A stretch of DNA of 22,466 nucleotides from an uncultured virus (IMG/VR IMGVR_UViG_3300034110_001238) (IMGVR_UViG_3300034110_001238), one strand, 5' to 3'. Counted from the stretch's first letter, positions 1 through 9,918 are shown. Numbers and translations are program-made. Notes: a model not told the origin generated them from the letters alone.

Positions 1-1943
1 CTGGATATCATATTAGCAGCGGCAACTTCACAACGATAAAGTTTGGCTCCTTTTTTTGAAAATTCTTCTAATTCTGGCCTACTAAACCATGATGTCATCT
101 GTTCCTTTGATTCAAAAGCAAATTGATAGGCGTCGGAATATTTATTTGAAATAATATAGCGACAATCATAAGCTAAAAATAATGTAGAAAGTCCTTTGTC
201 TCTTTGTGGAATTTTACGTTGATCATATTCTAAAATAGTTGCATCATTTGATTTCATGAAATCATCATCACTGTTGTCACTTTTATAGACACCTTTACCA
301 TCAGGCATTTCTAGCCTAAATACATAACATGGTTCTTTGTTTGTTTTGATAGCTCCTGATGCAGAAAGCGTGTCATAAAGTGAATGATAACTGTAAGTTA
401 AAAACTCTTTATTATTGTTTTCATGAGTGGCTATTTGTTGTGATTGATTAATACTGTCGTAAACCGCCTTATAAACATCTTGTGTATAAGCAATATTCTG
501 ATTTACCAAAAAATCTTTTACTAAATTTAATAGATCCGTTGTTCCATTGCCATCAAGAGGTAATCTAAACGCAAAATCCATACCATCATAATAATTTTGC
601 AAGTAATATTTATAATCATTTTCACCATGTTGAGAAACAAAACATCTTCTGATAAATGTTTCTCTGTCTATGTCGTCTGCTTCATTATTTGTTTTTGGAT
701 ATTTTTGTAAAACATCAATTTTAAATTTATCCATTAATAGGTCAATTGTAGATTCATTTTGATTATAAGAATACTCAAATAAATCACCATCATTAATTAA
801 CTTATTATGTTTAATAATAATGTTTTTGTAAAAATCTTTTTTTATCTTTTCGTTCTGGTTAGCAAGTCCATTTAATTCAATAAAAGATTCTAATATGAAA
901 TAAGCACTTTTTTCACGTTCAGTGAAATAAAGAGGTCTATTTTTATATTGATTTCTTAATTCATCTTGTAACCCATATGTTTGTATTTCTGGTGCCGTAA
1001 TAAACACTGATTGACTGACACTATCACTTGATAATATTTCGTCTAGAATTTTTTTATAATTGTCTCTGTTGGCAATAGATTTTTTCATAGAGATATGTCG
1101 AATTTCATTCACACTCGCATTAGAAACTATAACGCCGCCTGCATAACGATTATTTTGGTGTAAAAGAATCCACTTATGGTCAACATTTCGGCTATATTCC
1201 ATATGATCATTAACACATGGCATATAAGCAAGATCTAATTCATCGTGCATAAAATGACATTGTTTATTAAAAGCATGAGCCGAACCTATATACTCTGGGT
1301 AAAACTCATACGGAAATGTTTTCTTTAATAACTGATAATGATCTGCAAAGTTTTTGCAGAAAACAGCTTGAACAGGTGTGTCCATATTCAATTTATCTTG
1401 AATTAAAGTTTTGAGGGTTTGATTTTTAAAATTAACATTATAATGACTGCCAATATCTGATTTAAAAAAGCTTTCCTGAAAAGCAAGTTCTCTTTCATTC
1501 ATTGAGTAGTCAACAACTTTCATTTTTTCAATATACTTTTTTCTTTTTGTTATAAAGTTGTCTTCACTATTATAAATGCTAGCTTCTATGTCATCAATAA
1601 ACTTTGATATTTGTTCAACATAAGCAATTCCATTGATAGGGTATTTATCTTGAATTGCTTGATAGGTATCACCAGAAATATAGAGATTATTCATAGGTGA
1701 ATCATTACTGGTATCATGCATAGTATAATGGTTATGATCATCATGCTTAGATAGTTTATATTTGCCACCAATAAATTCATTAAATACGCCACTGTTGAAG
1801 TAATTAACCATTACTTTACTAAACATGTTATAGTCATCCATATTAAGCTTATCATCATAGGTGAGTTTGAATTCAAGTAACTCATTAAAAAAATTACTCA
1901 ATTTACTACCATAAACTTTATATTTTAAATCATAATCATCCAT
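1..1943 (-). CDS. Large hypothetical protein (>=647 aa), 3' end beyond the window edge; C-terminal region has a possible ADP-ribosyltransferase-like pattern
   Basis: Absent from the ORF track because it has no stop in the window. Manual translation from ATG at 1943 (MDDYDLKYKVYGSKL...) stays open to base 1 (...KLYRCEVAAANMIS). AGGA SD 5 nt upstream; extended -10 TGCTATAAT at 1981-1989. Confidence 0.9.
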   Translation of the reverse strand, partial: MDDYDLKYKVYGSKLSNFFNELLEFKLTYDDKLNMDDYNMFSKVMVNYFNSGVFNEFIGGKYKLSKHDDHNHYTMHDTSNDSPMNNLYISGDTYQAIQDKYPINGIAYVEQISKFIDDIEASIYNSEDNFITKRKKYIEKMKVVDYSMNERELAFQESFFKSDIGSHYNVNFKNQTLKTLIQDKLNMDTPVQAVFCKNFADHYQLLKKTFPYEFYPEYIGSAHAFNKQCHFMHDELDLAYMPCVNDHMEYSRNVDHKWILLHQNNRYAGGVIVSNASVNEIRHISMKKSIANRDNYKKILDEILSSDSVSQSVFITAPEIQTYGLQDELRNQYKNRPLYFTEREKSAYFILESFIELNGLANQNEKIKKDFYKNIIIKHNKLINDGDLFEYSYNQNESTIDLLMDKFKIDVLQKYPKTNNEADDIDRETFIRRCFVSQHGENDYKYYLQNYYDGMDFAFRLPLDGNGTTDLLNLVKDFLVNQNIAYTQDVYKAVYDSINQSQQIATHENNNKEFLTYSYHSLYDTLSASGAIKTNKEPCYVFRLEMPDGKGVYKSDNSDDDFMKSNDATILEYDQRKIPQRDKGLSTLFLAYDCRYIISNKYSDAYQFAFESKEQMTSWFSRPELEEFSKKGAKLYRCEVAAANMIS

Positions 1944-1980
1944 GAAATTCCTATGCGTTTTTAATTATTATCTTTCTAAT

Positions 1981-1989
1981 ATTATAGCA
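1981..1989 (-). promoter_or_regulatory. Extended -10 promoter (TGCTATAAT) for the 1..1943 ORF
   Basis: attatagca on + reads TGCTATAAT on -; no good -35 seen. Confidence 0.55.
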
Positions 1990-2003
1990 TAGAGGTGGAA
2001 AAT

Positions 2004-2023
2004 AAAAAGACGCTCAAAGCGTC
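2004..2023 (-). terminator. Intrinsic terminator overlapping the stop of the 516-aa ORF
   Basis: GACGCT-TTG-AGCGTC hairpin followed by TTTTT on the minus strand. Confidence 0.6.
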
Positions 2024-3564
2024 AATTTATTTTGTTGTTTTAGTTTAGCTTGAAAAGTCTTGATCATCTCATCAGTGCTACTGTTTTCTGGTAGTAAAGG
2101 AATAACTGTTTTAAGTGCTAAAAACTCAGCATAGGTGGCATTCATGTCTTTAATAATAACTTTATAAGGTAGAAGATGATCTAAATTATCAAAATTATTA
2201 CTTTTATCAAAGCTAGCTACACCAGTGTGAGCTTTAATAATTTCTTTTACACGTTCTGAAATGTTTTCTCCATCATAAGCACACACGATATTCTTTTCTT
2301 CACAAAGCTTTAGAAAACGGTTCAAACAAATAATTTCATTTTCATCATTAAGGCTGGTTTTCATTTTGATTTCGTCTAAATACAAAACACTTAAATTTTG
2401 ATTAGGTGGAAAGGTATGTCTCCCCCCAACTTCCATTAATACACCAAAAGGTGATGTGGCATAGACTCTGGTATGTTTAGTGTCTTTATTGAGATGTTCA
2501 CTATATTCTTTATCCTTGAAACAAAACTGATTGACATCTTCCATAAATTCTTTTTTATTAACTTCCATTTCATCATGTGTTGTATCCGCTGTCTCTAAAA
2601 TGGTTTTAATTTGAATCATATCATTTTGTTCTATATTGAAATAAGGATACTTATCATACATAGCTTCAACCATTACATTAACAACAGGGTAACGTTCATA
2701 CATCTCATTAACTGATGGTGCTAATAACGCTTTCTTGACTGAACGCAACGTTGTTTCTTTATAGGTGTCAAACCACTCACCTTCAAAAATAGCTTCAATA
2801 CAGACAGATGGTTCATCACTGCTTAACAATTTTGATAAAAAGCTATCTTCTTCAAGTTCATTGTTTAGATAGGCTTCTTTAAATTTCTGAACGCTCGTAT
2901 AAGTAACACCATCAATTGATGAAAACGTGCGAAAAAGCATATCTTTTTCTGCTAAGTAGTCTAATTTTCCATTGATATCTTTATTCACAAACTCCATAAA
3001 ATCAGGAGTAACATGATTCATCTGAATTTCTCCAAAAGGTTCTACAATTAAATGAGTACGATTATTTTTACCTTCTTTTACAGTATTTAATAATGAATAA
3101 GCTTCCAATAATGTTTTTTCAATTTTTGAACGGTATGCAAAAGGCTTTAAAATAGCTTCGTCCGTATTTTCTAAGAAATCAGAGTATTTTTTACAAAAAT
3201 CACTAAAAGATTCACTGGATTTTACAACATTGAAAAAATCCAACTCCGCTTCTTTCACAACATTCTTTTTAACTTCTTGAACATCTTTATCACCAACAGA
3301 AAAACTTTTTTTATTTGATTTAACCGTGCAATCATGATCAATAATAAAATGTTTCGAAAATAGATCATCGTCCATAATACCTAACATTATGTTATTATCA
3401 TTTTGATGTTCTAATTTATGCTTAGTAAACTCTGTTAATAATGCAGGAGATTGAAGTAATTTAAACAATGCTAAGGTCAACACTTCATTCATTTCAGAAG
3501 CATCTTTGATCCCCGATTGTTCAGCAATGGTTTTCATCTCTTTCACGTAATTGTTTATATTCAT
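2014..3564 (-). CDS. Hypothetical protein (516 aa)
   Basis: Long ORF; its ATG overlaps the TGA of the upstream 602-aa gene (ATGA, translational coupling); no motif confidently recognised. Confidence 0.85.
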   Translation of the reverse strand: MNINNYVKEMKTIAEQSGIKDASEMNEVLTLALFKLLQSPALLTEFTKHKLEHQNDNNIMLGIMDDDLFSKHFIIDHDCTVKSNKKSFSVGDKDVQEVKKNVVKEAELDFFNVVKSSESFSDFCKKYSDFLENTDEAILKPFAYRSKIEKTLLEAYSLLNTVKEGKNNRTHLIVEPFGEIQMNHVTPDFMEFVNKDINGKLDYLAEKDMLFRTFSSIDGVTYTSVQKFKEAYLNNELEEDSFLSKLLSSDEPSVCIEAIFEGEWFDTYKETTLRSVKKALLAPSVNEMYERYPVVNVMVEAMYDKYPYFNIEQNDMIQIKTILETADTTHDEMEVNKKEFMEDVNQFCFKDKEYSEHLNKDTKHTRVYATSPFGVLMEVGGRHTFPPNQNLSVLYLDEIKMKTSLNDENEIICLNRFLKLCEEKNIVCAYDGENISERVKEIIKAHTGVASFDKSNNFDNLDHLLPYKVIIKDMNATYAEFLALKTVIPLLPENSSTDEMIKTFQAKLKQQNKLTL

Positions 3565-5369
3565 ATTTTTAATCCTGTTTTTTTAGGTTTTTCTTTATAG
3601 TCGCCTAGATTATATTTTTCTTTCATTGTTTTTGAGTATTCGTCATTAAGTTTAAATTGATTGAAATCATTTTTTAAGACTTCTAAATGTAATGCACTAT
3701 AATTCGTCAAAAATGTAAAATCGTCATCATTTTTTAAATGGCTCGCCAATATTGATCCATCTTTTTTTATCGTAAATCCAATCATTGAATTATTACTTGT
3801 TTCTTTTTCATTGAAATCATACATAAAATATTGACGTGCTCCATTTTCAGTATAGTCTTCAAAGTAATTAGATGTACGTGAAATGCACCAAGACGGCGAT
3901 CCTAATTTTTTAGACAATCCAAAGTTCTCAACATGGAAAATAACAACGCCATCTTTATCATAACAAGGCGTAATCCCGTTGCCTTCAAGTTTTGAACTTA
4001 ACGCAGTATGGGTAAAACCAGAGAAGTGATCTTTTACTTTGGTTACATATTCTAAAAACTCTTCTGGTGTTTTTAAAGCTGCAATCTTTTTACCAACATA
4101 ATTTTGCAAGGATTGTTTATTAACGCCAGCATCATAGATAATTTTTAACATGTCACGAGCTGCTGGGGTTAACAGATGTTGATATTTATTACTCAGTATG
4201 CTGTTTATATATTGATTAGTCTTGTGCTCCAAGACGACTTCGTTGATACTGTCATCCACTGCTTCCATTGATTTATCGGTCATTTGTAAAACGTTAATAC
4301 CTGCACGAGCCACTACATCACTGTATTGCTGATAGGTATCTAATACTGGAATAATATCCATTGCTGATTCACTGTCTTCAATAAAGCGTTTAAAAAAGTT
4401 GGCGACTTTTGGTTTCTTTCTAGACAAGTGAGCAATCGCTGATTCATGTAACTCTTTACGAGAGTCATAGAAATCATATTCAGTAAGTGTGTGTTTATAT
4501 TGTCCATTATCAGAATAAGCATAAGATCCATCTATGAATAAAATATTGTCTGGTTTTGATTGACCTTTTAATTGAACTCTTGTTTCAATTAAATGATCAA
4601 AGTCTTTTGATTTTAAGAAACTTGAAATATCATTATCTGTCTCAACTTGTGAATCACAAAATTTATTTGCCATTGTTTTCATGACTTCAGGTGTTTGTTT
4701 TTTTATGGTATCTTTCATTGTTTCAATATCAATGGTCATTTTATACAAAATATTTTCGTAAAGACTGATATTCTTATTGATATTCATGAAGAAATTATTT
4801 TGAGATCCTACTTTATCATTAAACACTTCCATAAAATCCTGAATCAATGCACGAACATACGGTGCATTATTATTGGCTTCTTTAATTTCTTTAATGGTTT
4901 TAGATAAGTCTTTTACTATTAAGCTAGACTTCTTGAAAAATACAGAGCAATCTAACAGTGTTTTTTTTAATTGATCAAAATTTTCATGAGATTCTACACC
5001 ATTTACGTTTGCAAAATCAACCCACTCTTTATACATAGACATCTGACCATTCACAATACGTTTATCAATAACACCGCCGGTGTCATCCAGCGTAAAATAA
5101 GAGCGTGAGACGGCTTCTACGACATTAGCAAGGTCTAAATTTGAGGTAGACTCATTAAATTTTTCTTTGAATATTTCATAAGCTGTCACAACACTGGTGA
5201 AGTCAGATTTTATTTGGGAAACATAGCCTCTATTTATAATAAAGTTAGGTGTATCTCTTGTGAAGCCCAAGAGCATTTCCTGAGTAATATCACGTTTCGC
5301 AACTTCTTTAAAATGATTTTCGATGATGTTTAAACTGTCTTTAACTGCTTCATTTTCTTTAAAATGCAT
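3561..5369 (-). CDS. PcfJ-like domain protein (602 aa), paralog of 19901..21787
   Basis: C-terminal LQNYVGKKIAALKTPEEF...LGSPSWCISR...YFEDY...QYFMYDF...SMIGFTIKKDG...H closely matches the 19901 protein; the GSxxWCI pattern recalls phage PcfJ-like domains (family call tentative). Confidence 0.7.
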   Translation of the reverse strand: MHFKENEAVKDSLNIIENHFKEVAKRDITQEMLLGFTRDTPNFIINRGYVSQIKSDFTSVVTAYEIFKEKFNESTSNLDLANVVEAVSRSYFTLDDTGGVIDKRIVNGQMSMYKEWVDFANVNGVESHENFDQLKKTLLDCSVFFKKSSLIVKDLSKTIKEIKEANNNAPYVRALIQDFMEVFNDKVGSQNNFFMNINKNISLYENILYKMTIDIETMKDTIKKQTPEVMKTMANKFCDSQVETDNDISSFLKSKDFDHLIETRVQLKGQSKPDNILFIDGSYAYSDNGQYKHTLTEYDFYDSRKELHESAIAHLSRKKPKVANFFKRFIEDSESAMDIIPVLDTYQQYSDVVARAGINVLQMTDKSMEAVDDSINEVVLEHKTNQYINSILSNKYQHLLTPAARDMLKIIYDAGVNKQSLQNYVGKKIAALKTPEEFLEYVTKVKDHFSGFTHTALSSKLEGNGITPCYDKDGVVIFHVENFGLSKKLGSPSWCISRTSNYFEDYTENGARQYFMYDFNEKETSNNSMIGFTIKKDGSILASHLKNDDDFTFLTNYSALHLEVLKNDFNQFKLNDEYSKTMKEKYNLGDYKEKPKKTGLKI

Positions 5370-5392
5370 AATAATATTGTATATTTTTTATT

Positions 5393-5401
5393 ATTATAAC
5401 A
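5393..5401 (-). promoter_or_regulatory. Extended -10 promoter (TGTTATAAT) for the 602/516-aa operon
   Basis: attataaca on +; possible -35 TTTAAA at 17 bp spacing (5416-5421). Confidence 0.5.
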
Positions 5402-5460
5402 TAGAATACAGTTTTTTTAAATCAACACCTTACAAAATATTATACAATTATTGAAAATCA

Positions 5461-6033
5461 TTAAGATTGTAAGAGTTTTTTAATTTTGTCTACGTTACTA
5501 TTTGTTTTTCTAAAATGAGCCACGTCTTCTTGGCTAACTGAGATGTAGGTATTATGGGTTGCGTCAATAACGTGTTTACGTCTAATGTTATGGATATGCT
5601 CATCAATATCAAAAACAATTTGCGTTTTCATTGGGTTTTTGCTGTCCCATGTTTCTAGCTTCTTGACAGCTTCTTCCACAGGCAGTAACTTACTGTCTCG
5701 CTCGAAGTCATTATTGGTGATGTAGTAATTGATACCTGCAGGATAAATATGAAAAATATCACGAATTTGTTTACCACTAATAGTGGTTGGCATTCGTGTA
5801 TTGATATGAATAGACAATCTCGTTTTTAAATTTTTAGCTACTTCGGTCATTTTAACCATTGTAGTATATCCATCACGATAGAAGACGGGATTGATGAAAG
5901 GATCAATATCACCAGAGACAATAACGGTATAATAAGAATCCTTACCAGCCACAATAGCAGCTTCCAAGCCTAATAAGAAATCATTCAAGTTGCTGTATGC
6001 GTCGTGTTTCATTACTATAATTGATTTGTTCAT
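5461..6033 (-). CDS. Hypothetical protein (190 aa)
   Basis: ORF with AGGA SD upstream of the ATG. Confidence 0.8.
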   Translation of the reverse strand: MNKSIIVMKHDAYSNLNDFLLGLEAAIVAGKDSYYTVIVSGDIDPFINPVFYRDGYTTMVKMTEVAKNLKTRLSIHINTRMPTTISGKQIRDIFHIYPAGINYYITNNDFERDSKLLPVEEAVKKLETWDSKNPMKTQIVFDIDEHIHNIRRKHVIDATHNTYISVSQEDVAHFRKTNSNVDKIKKLLQS

Positions 6034-6079
6034 GTCACATTCCTATGTCTATTAGATGTCTTTAATTGAAGCATTTATT

Positions 6080-7309
6080 TTATATTTTACAATAGTTGCT
6101 TTTAATATAGTTATTTAATTCTTTTTTATTATAACCAAAATGAATATCAACAACATTGTTGGTTCTATTTTCTTGATGTGATTTCAATGCTTCAATGCTA
6201 TCCAAAAACACATATTTATAGTCATCTTTATTGAACAAGTGATTAACTGTGTGATTGAATTCATTGACTAATCCATGACTAATGATTATGTCATTAAAAA
6301 TATCTAGACGATTTAAAGCATTAAAATGGCAGAATTCTTTCATAACCCCGAGTTCTTCATCAGTGACGGGGGGAAGATTGAATCGCTGTTTAAACATTCT
6401 TTTAACGGCATAACTATTTCTTATATGAGCACTACGAATATATCCAGTGGTTTCACTGTCTAGTTTCATAAATGTGGCTTTATAATTGTTATAAAAAATA
6501 AATGACAATAACTGTTTATTGTTGAAATCAACCTGATATGGATTAAACAATAACACAGAGACAGATTTAAGCCATACTGTTACATAGCGAACAATATCGG
6601 TGTATTCAATTGTTTTTAATGCATTCAATATCTCATCATCCATTGAACGAAATAAAATTAGAGCAGCTTCGGTGCCATGTACTCGACTTCTATTACAAAT
6701 ATGTCGGCTATAATGAAAGAAATTAGCGGTTTTAAGCCTCATTATCAAAGTATCATCAATTAATGAAATGGATTCTGTTAAGTTTAAATTTTCATGTTTT
6801 ATGCTGTATATAATACCTGAAATATCAGCATTTATTTCATGTTCATGACTAAAAACGGTTAAAATGTTTACAAAGTGAGCATGAGCGAGTTCATGATACA
6901 GAATAGCTTTGAAATTATTAAACTCATTTTTAAAATTACCATCTTGTACGTTTGATTTTTTTATAACAACTTTAAAAGAACCAAAGTATTTTTGTTTTAA
7001 AATAGTTGTATCATTCGTTATCATATAAGAAGAATCGTTTTCTATTTTTTTAATAGGATTTAACTCGATTAAGACATGTTTACCACTAAAAGGATTGAGA
7101 TATATCCTCATGCAAGGTTTCTCAATACTCATCAAGGTTTGATACATCTCTTCAAGATTAGACATAACCTCAAAATCACCAGTAGGCTGTTCACTCCCTT
7201 GAATAAAATACTTATCCAAAAGAATATCCTGAACATGAGCGGGTATCTTTACTAGTTTCTCAAAGATAGATTCATCTTTTATTTTCGGCTTGAAGAGTTT
7301 AAATAACAT
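6080..7309 (-). CDS. Putative zinc metallopeptidase-like protein (HEXXH)
   Basis: AILYHELAHAH followed by HEINADISG, the HEXXH...ExxAD gluzincin-type ligand arrangement; AAGGA SD. Confidence 0.65.
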   Translation of the reverse strand: MLFKLFKPKIKDESIFEKLVKIPAHVQDILLDKYFIQGSEQPTGDFEVMSNLEEMYQTLMSIEKPCMRIYLNPFSGKHVLIELNPIKKIENDSSYMITNDTTILKQKYFGSFKVVIKKSNVQDGNFKNEFNNFKAILYHELAHAHFVNILTVFSHEHEINADISGIIYSIKHENLNLTESISLIDDTLIMRLKTANFFHYSRHICNRSRVHGTEAALILFRSMDDEILNALKTIEYTDIVRYVTVWLKSVSVLLFNPYQVDFNNKQLLSFIFYNNYKATFMKLDSETTGYIRSAHIRNSYAVKRMFKQRFNLPPVTDEELGVMKEFCHFNALNRLDIFNDIIISHGLVNEFNHTVNHLFNKDDYKYVFLDSIEALKSHQENRTNNVVDIHFGYNKKELNNYIKSNYCKI

Positions 7310-7342
7310 AATAATCCTTTAAGTATAACATAACATTGCGTT

Positions 7343-7370
7343 ATTATAATTGATTATTAAAATTAATCAA
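7343..7370 (-). promoter_or_regulatory. Sigma70-like promoter
   Basis: TTGATT-16bp-TATAAT upstream of the HEXXH gene. Confidence 0.55.
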
Positions 7371-7374
7371 CTAC

Positions 7375-7399
7375 AAAAAAAGACCTTTTGAAAGGTCTT
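7375..7399 (-). terminator. Intrinsic terminator after the 152-aa ORF
   Basis: AAGACCTTT-CA-AAAGGTCTT inverted repeat followed by a T run on the minus strand. Confidence 0.75.
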
Positions 7400-7420
7400 G
7401 ATTCATGTAGTGAGTGTAGT

Positions 7421-7879
7421 TTAAATTTTTGCAATCTTTTTATGAGTAGGCTTATCAATAATAACTTGATCATTGGAGCTTTCATCTTTTCTTGAACGGT
7501 GAAAATCATCAACTATCAACGTAACGCTTTTCATATCCATTCTTGGAGTAACGGCTGCTTCATTAATAAGTAACTTAATGGATTCATTGACACTCACATC
7601 CAATGCTTTAATTTGTTCCAATGAGTAACGTTTGCCCACATATTCATTAATTCTGGTGGTTGAACGGCTTGCAGACATTTTATTCAACATATCTTTTTGT
7701 TCTTCAAAACTTAACCCTTCCATTTGTATTCCAAGTGCAGACTTTTGTGGGGCAACTTCTGGTTGGGGGTCTACAGGTTCATTTCTAATTCGTTTGAGAT
7801 GATTTAGTAAATCAATTTTTATCATATCGCTATTGAATGAATCGAATTGGTGTTTCTCATTTTTATTAGTATATTCCAT
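7421..7879 (-). CDS. Hypothetical protein (152 aa)
   Basis: ORF bracketed by its own promoter and terminator; basic C-terminal tail KPTHKKIAKI. Confidence 0.8.
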   Translation of the reverse strand: MEYTNKNEKHQFDSFNSDMIKIDLLNHLKRIRNEPVDPQPEVAPQKSALGIQMEGLSFEEQKDMLNKMSASRSTTRINEYVGKRYSLEQIKALDVSVNESIKLLINEAAVTPRMDMKSVTLIVDDFHRSRKDESSNDQVIIDKPTHKKIAKI

Positions 7880-7904
7880 CTCATTTTCATAAGTTTATAA
7901 TATT

Positions 7905-7932
7905 ATTTTAGCACATTATAATAATACGTCAA
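7905..7932 (-). promoter_or_regulatory. Sigma70-like promoter
   Basis: TTGACG-16bp-TAAAAT with TGn extension. Confidence 0.6.
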
Positions 7933-7950
7933 AAAGTTAATTAAATAAAC

Positions 7951-8232
7951 TTAATCAAATTCATAAGATTCTAAAATATTTTTAGTTGATTTGTAATGTT
8001 CATTAATCAATTTAATTTTTTCTTTATCTTCTACTGTTAAATCGTCGTCACTACGTACTGTTCTGACAACATCGTACAAGACTTGAACATAGATGTTTCC
8101 GACTTCTAAAATTTCGACAATTGCTTTTTTTGCTTTATCCGAGAGGATGTATTCACTTTGAATGCCATTTATCTTAATGTTGTTTTGTTCTAACCGACTT
8201 GCCAGTTGCTTTGTTCTTTCTATGTAATTCAT
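7951..8232 (-). CDS. Hypothetical protein (93 aa)
   Basis: ORF with strong SD (AGGAGAGG) and upstream promoter. Confidence 0.85.
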   Translation of the reverse strand: MNYIERTKQLASRLEQNNIKINGIQSEYILSDKAKKAIVEILEVGNIYVQVLYDVVRTVRSDDDLTVEDKEKIKLINEHYKSTKNILESYEFD

Positions 8233-8256
8233 TTAACCTCTCCTGAAAGTTGTTGA

Positions 8257-8285
8257 ATACTAATCTTTATCCTTAAAAATGTCAA
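8257..8285 (-). promoter_or_regulatory. Sigma70-like promoter
   Basis: TTGACA-17bp-TAGTAT. Confidence 0.65.
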
Positions 8286-8312
8286 TAAAATTGATGCTAA
8301 AATATGCTTATC

Positions 8313-8447
8313 TTATCGTTCTTCATGAATTGGAACTTCGAGTTTCATATTTTTAGTTTTTCTGTCTATCCTGTTCCAGTCTTCATTAGTGCAACTAGAT
8401 ACCAGTGTAGTAACCGCTAGTAAAAGTATCATAATTATTTTGTTCAT
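8313..8447 (-). CDS. Small putative lipoprotein (44 aa)
   Basis: Manual translation MNKIIMILLLAVTTLVSSCTNEDWNRIDRKTKNMKLEVPIHEER*: basic N-terminus, hydrophobic core, lipobox V-S-S-C19; fills an otherwise empty gap. Confidence 0.7.
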   Translation of the reverse strand: MNKIIMILLLAVTTLVSSCTNEDWNRIDRKTKNMKLEVPIHEER

Positions 8448-8515
8448 AATCTTCAAATTGTTGGTTCATTCATCTTAGAAGATTATGATAGCTTTTCAAG
8501 ACCACAAAATTTAAA

Positions 8516-9028
8516 TTAGATGAAAATCATATTCAATAATGTATAATGACGGTCAGTAACTTCATCAAAATCAACACGTTCACCAGTTAAAGAAAAAAGT
8601 TTTTCTTTTACAACTAAATTGTACATCACTTTATCAATATGCTTTTTAATTTCTTCCATGTCATCATTTTGATAAACAAAACAACACTGATCAAAATCTC
8701 GATCATATTCTTTGTTCATTTTAAAGCCAATAGTATTCGTGATTTGATTAAATTTAATTGAAAAGTATTTTGAATTTTTGACAAGATCATCTTTAAAAGA
8801 CAACAATTCCATGACCATTGCTTCCATAGCCATTGTCCCTGTTGGAATAGAATCCACTCGCATAACACGAAGATGCATGGTTTTCAATGAATGTTTGACA
8901 TCAAAGTCTCTATAAGAAATAGGTGTAAACTTACCACCTGTCCTAACGAGAGCAAGCGATTTAAGCACGCAATTGATGACTTCATCGTATTTTTGATAAG
9001 TGGCTGGATTTCGATTGGTTAGACTCAT
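8516..9028 (-). CDS. Hypothetical protein (170 aa) with shared C-terminal motif
   Basis: ORF with AAGG SD and promoter; ends DRHYTLLNMIFI. Confidence 0.85.
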   Translation of the reverse strand: MSLTNRNPATYQKYDEVINCVLKSLALVRTGGKFTPISYRDFDVKHSLKTMHLRVMRVDSIPTGTMAMEAMVMELLSFKDDLVKNSKYFSIKFNQITNTIGFKMNKEYDRDFDQCCFVYQNDDMEEIKKHIDKVMYNLVVKEKLFSLTGERVDFDEVTDRHYTLLNMIFI

Positions 9029-9055
9029 GTTTAGATACCTTTCTGAATTTGCAGT

Positions 9056-9084
9056 AGTATATCATTTCATGGTTAATTTATCAA
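9056..9084 (-). promoter_or_regulatory. Sigma70-like promoter
   Basis: TTGATA-17bp-TATACT with TGn extension. Confidence 0.65.
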
Positions 9085-9088
9085 TACT

Positions 9089-9901
9089 TTAATACTTGGA
9101 CATCTCATAAACTTTCAAATTATCTTCGTTGTAGTCATTAATCGTAAAGTTTCCTAACACATCCCTGATTTTTTTAGTGTAATGTGTGTTTTCAAATACA
9201 GCGAGCTTTATATAGTTAAACAATTCAGCCATATCATCTATCAGGAATAGCTGGTTTTTTCTCAAGGATGTAATGTCTCTCATACCATAGAGATAAGATC
9301 CATCTTCTTGGGGCAATACAAAGAGTTTAAGCATGGTATTTTTCTTAATAGGTAATCGAAGAGACAAAGCAATCATGAATGTATTATTGACAGTGGGGTA
9401 TAAACACATGTTGCTTGCATTATTAATTGTAATTTCAGCTCCTTTGTGTTTTTCCCACGTAAATGAGTTCACAACAGGAAAATTAAAAGTGTTACAATAT
9501 TTCATAATGTCATCTTGTGTTTTGAAGATTTTCATTCTATTTGAATTAATCACTTTAAAATAAAGCAATTGTTCAAAATGGAAATTCATGATTGAAGAAA
9601 TTTTATCCACATCAGGAAATGCCAATGTCATGGTTTTAATATAGTCATGCTTTTCATAATAGATATTAAAGTTGTTTTTCAAAACAGGAACTTGAAATAA
9701 CTCTTCAGTAGACCAAAGTTTCTTAAAAATGTATTCGGTATTTTCAAAAGGATATCCAGTATAGCCAACTGTTATTCTGGCTGTTGATGGTGCAGACTTT
9801 TTAAACATGAGTTTATGCCCTTTAGAATAAAAATCGCTTCCACTAGGGAATGTAGAAAAATTTAAATTTTTAATTTGTTCTTCATCAAAAAACATAGCCA
9901 T
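9089..9901 (-). CDS. Hypothetical protein (270 aa) with shared C-terminal motif
   Basis: ORF with GAGGA SD; ends EDNLKVYEMSKY. Confidence 0.85.
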   Translation of the reverse strand: MAMFFDEEQIKNLNFSTFPSGSDFYSKGHKLMFKKSAPSTARITVGYTGYPFENTEYIFKKLWSTEELFQVPVLKNNFNIYYEKHDYIKTMTLAFPDVDKISSIMNFHFEQLLYFKVINSNRMKIFKTQDDIMKYCNTFNFPVVNSFTWEKHKGAEITINNASNMCLYPTVNNTFMIALSLRLPIKKNTMLKLFVLPQEDGSYLYGMRDITSLRKNQLFLIDDMAELFNYIKLAVFENTHYTKKIRDVLGNFTINDYNEDNLKVYEMSKY

Positions 9902-9918
9902 AATCCTCTGTTAACAAA

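Noticed and set aside
2200..2500. Degenerate GNAT-like segment near the C-terminus of the 516-aa protein (and ~1040-1180 in the left ORF)
   Set aside because: Only a strand/helix pattern; the acetyl-CoA motif (Q/R)xxGx(G/A) is absent.
5461..6033. Radical-SAM-like barrel hinted by VIVSGDIDP and IHINT
   Set aside because: The protein has no cysteines, so no CxxxCxxC motif; the resemblance is too weak.
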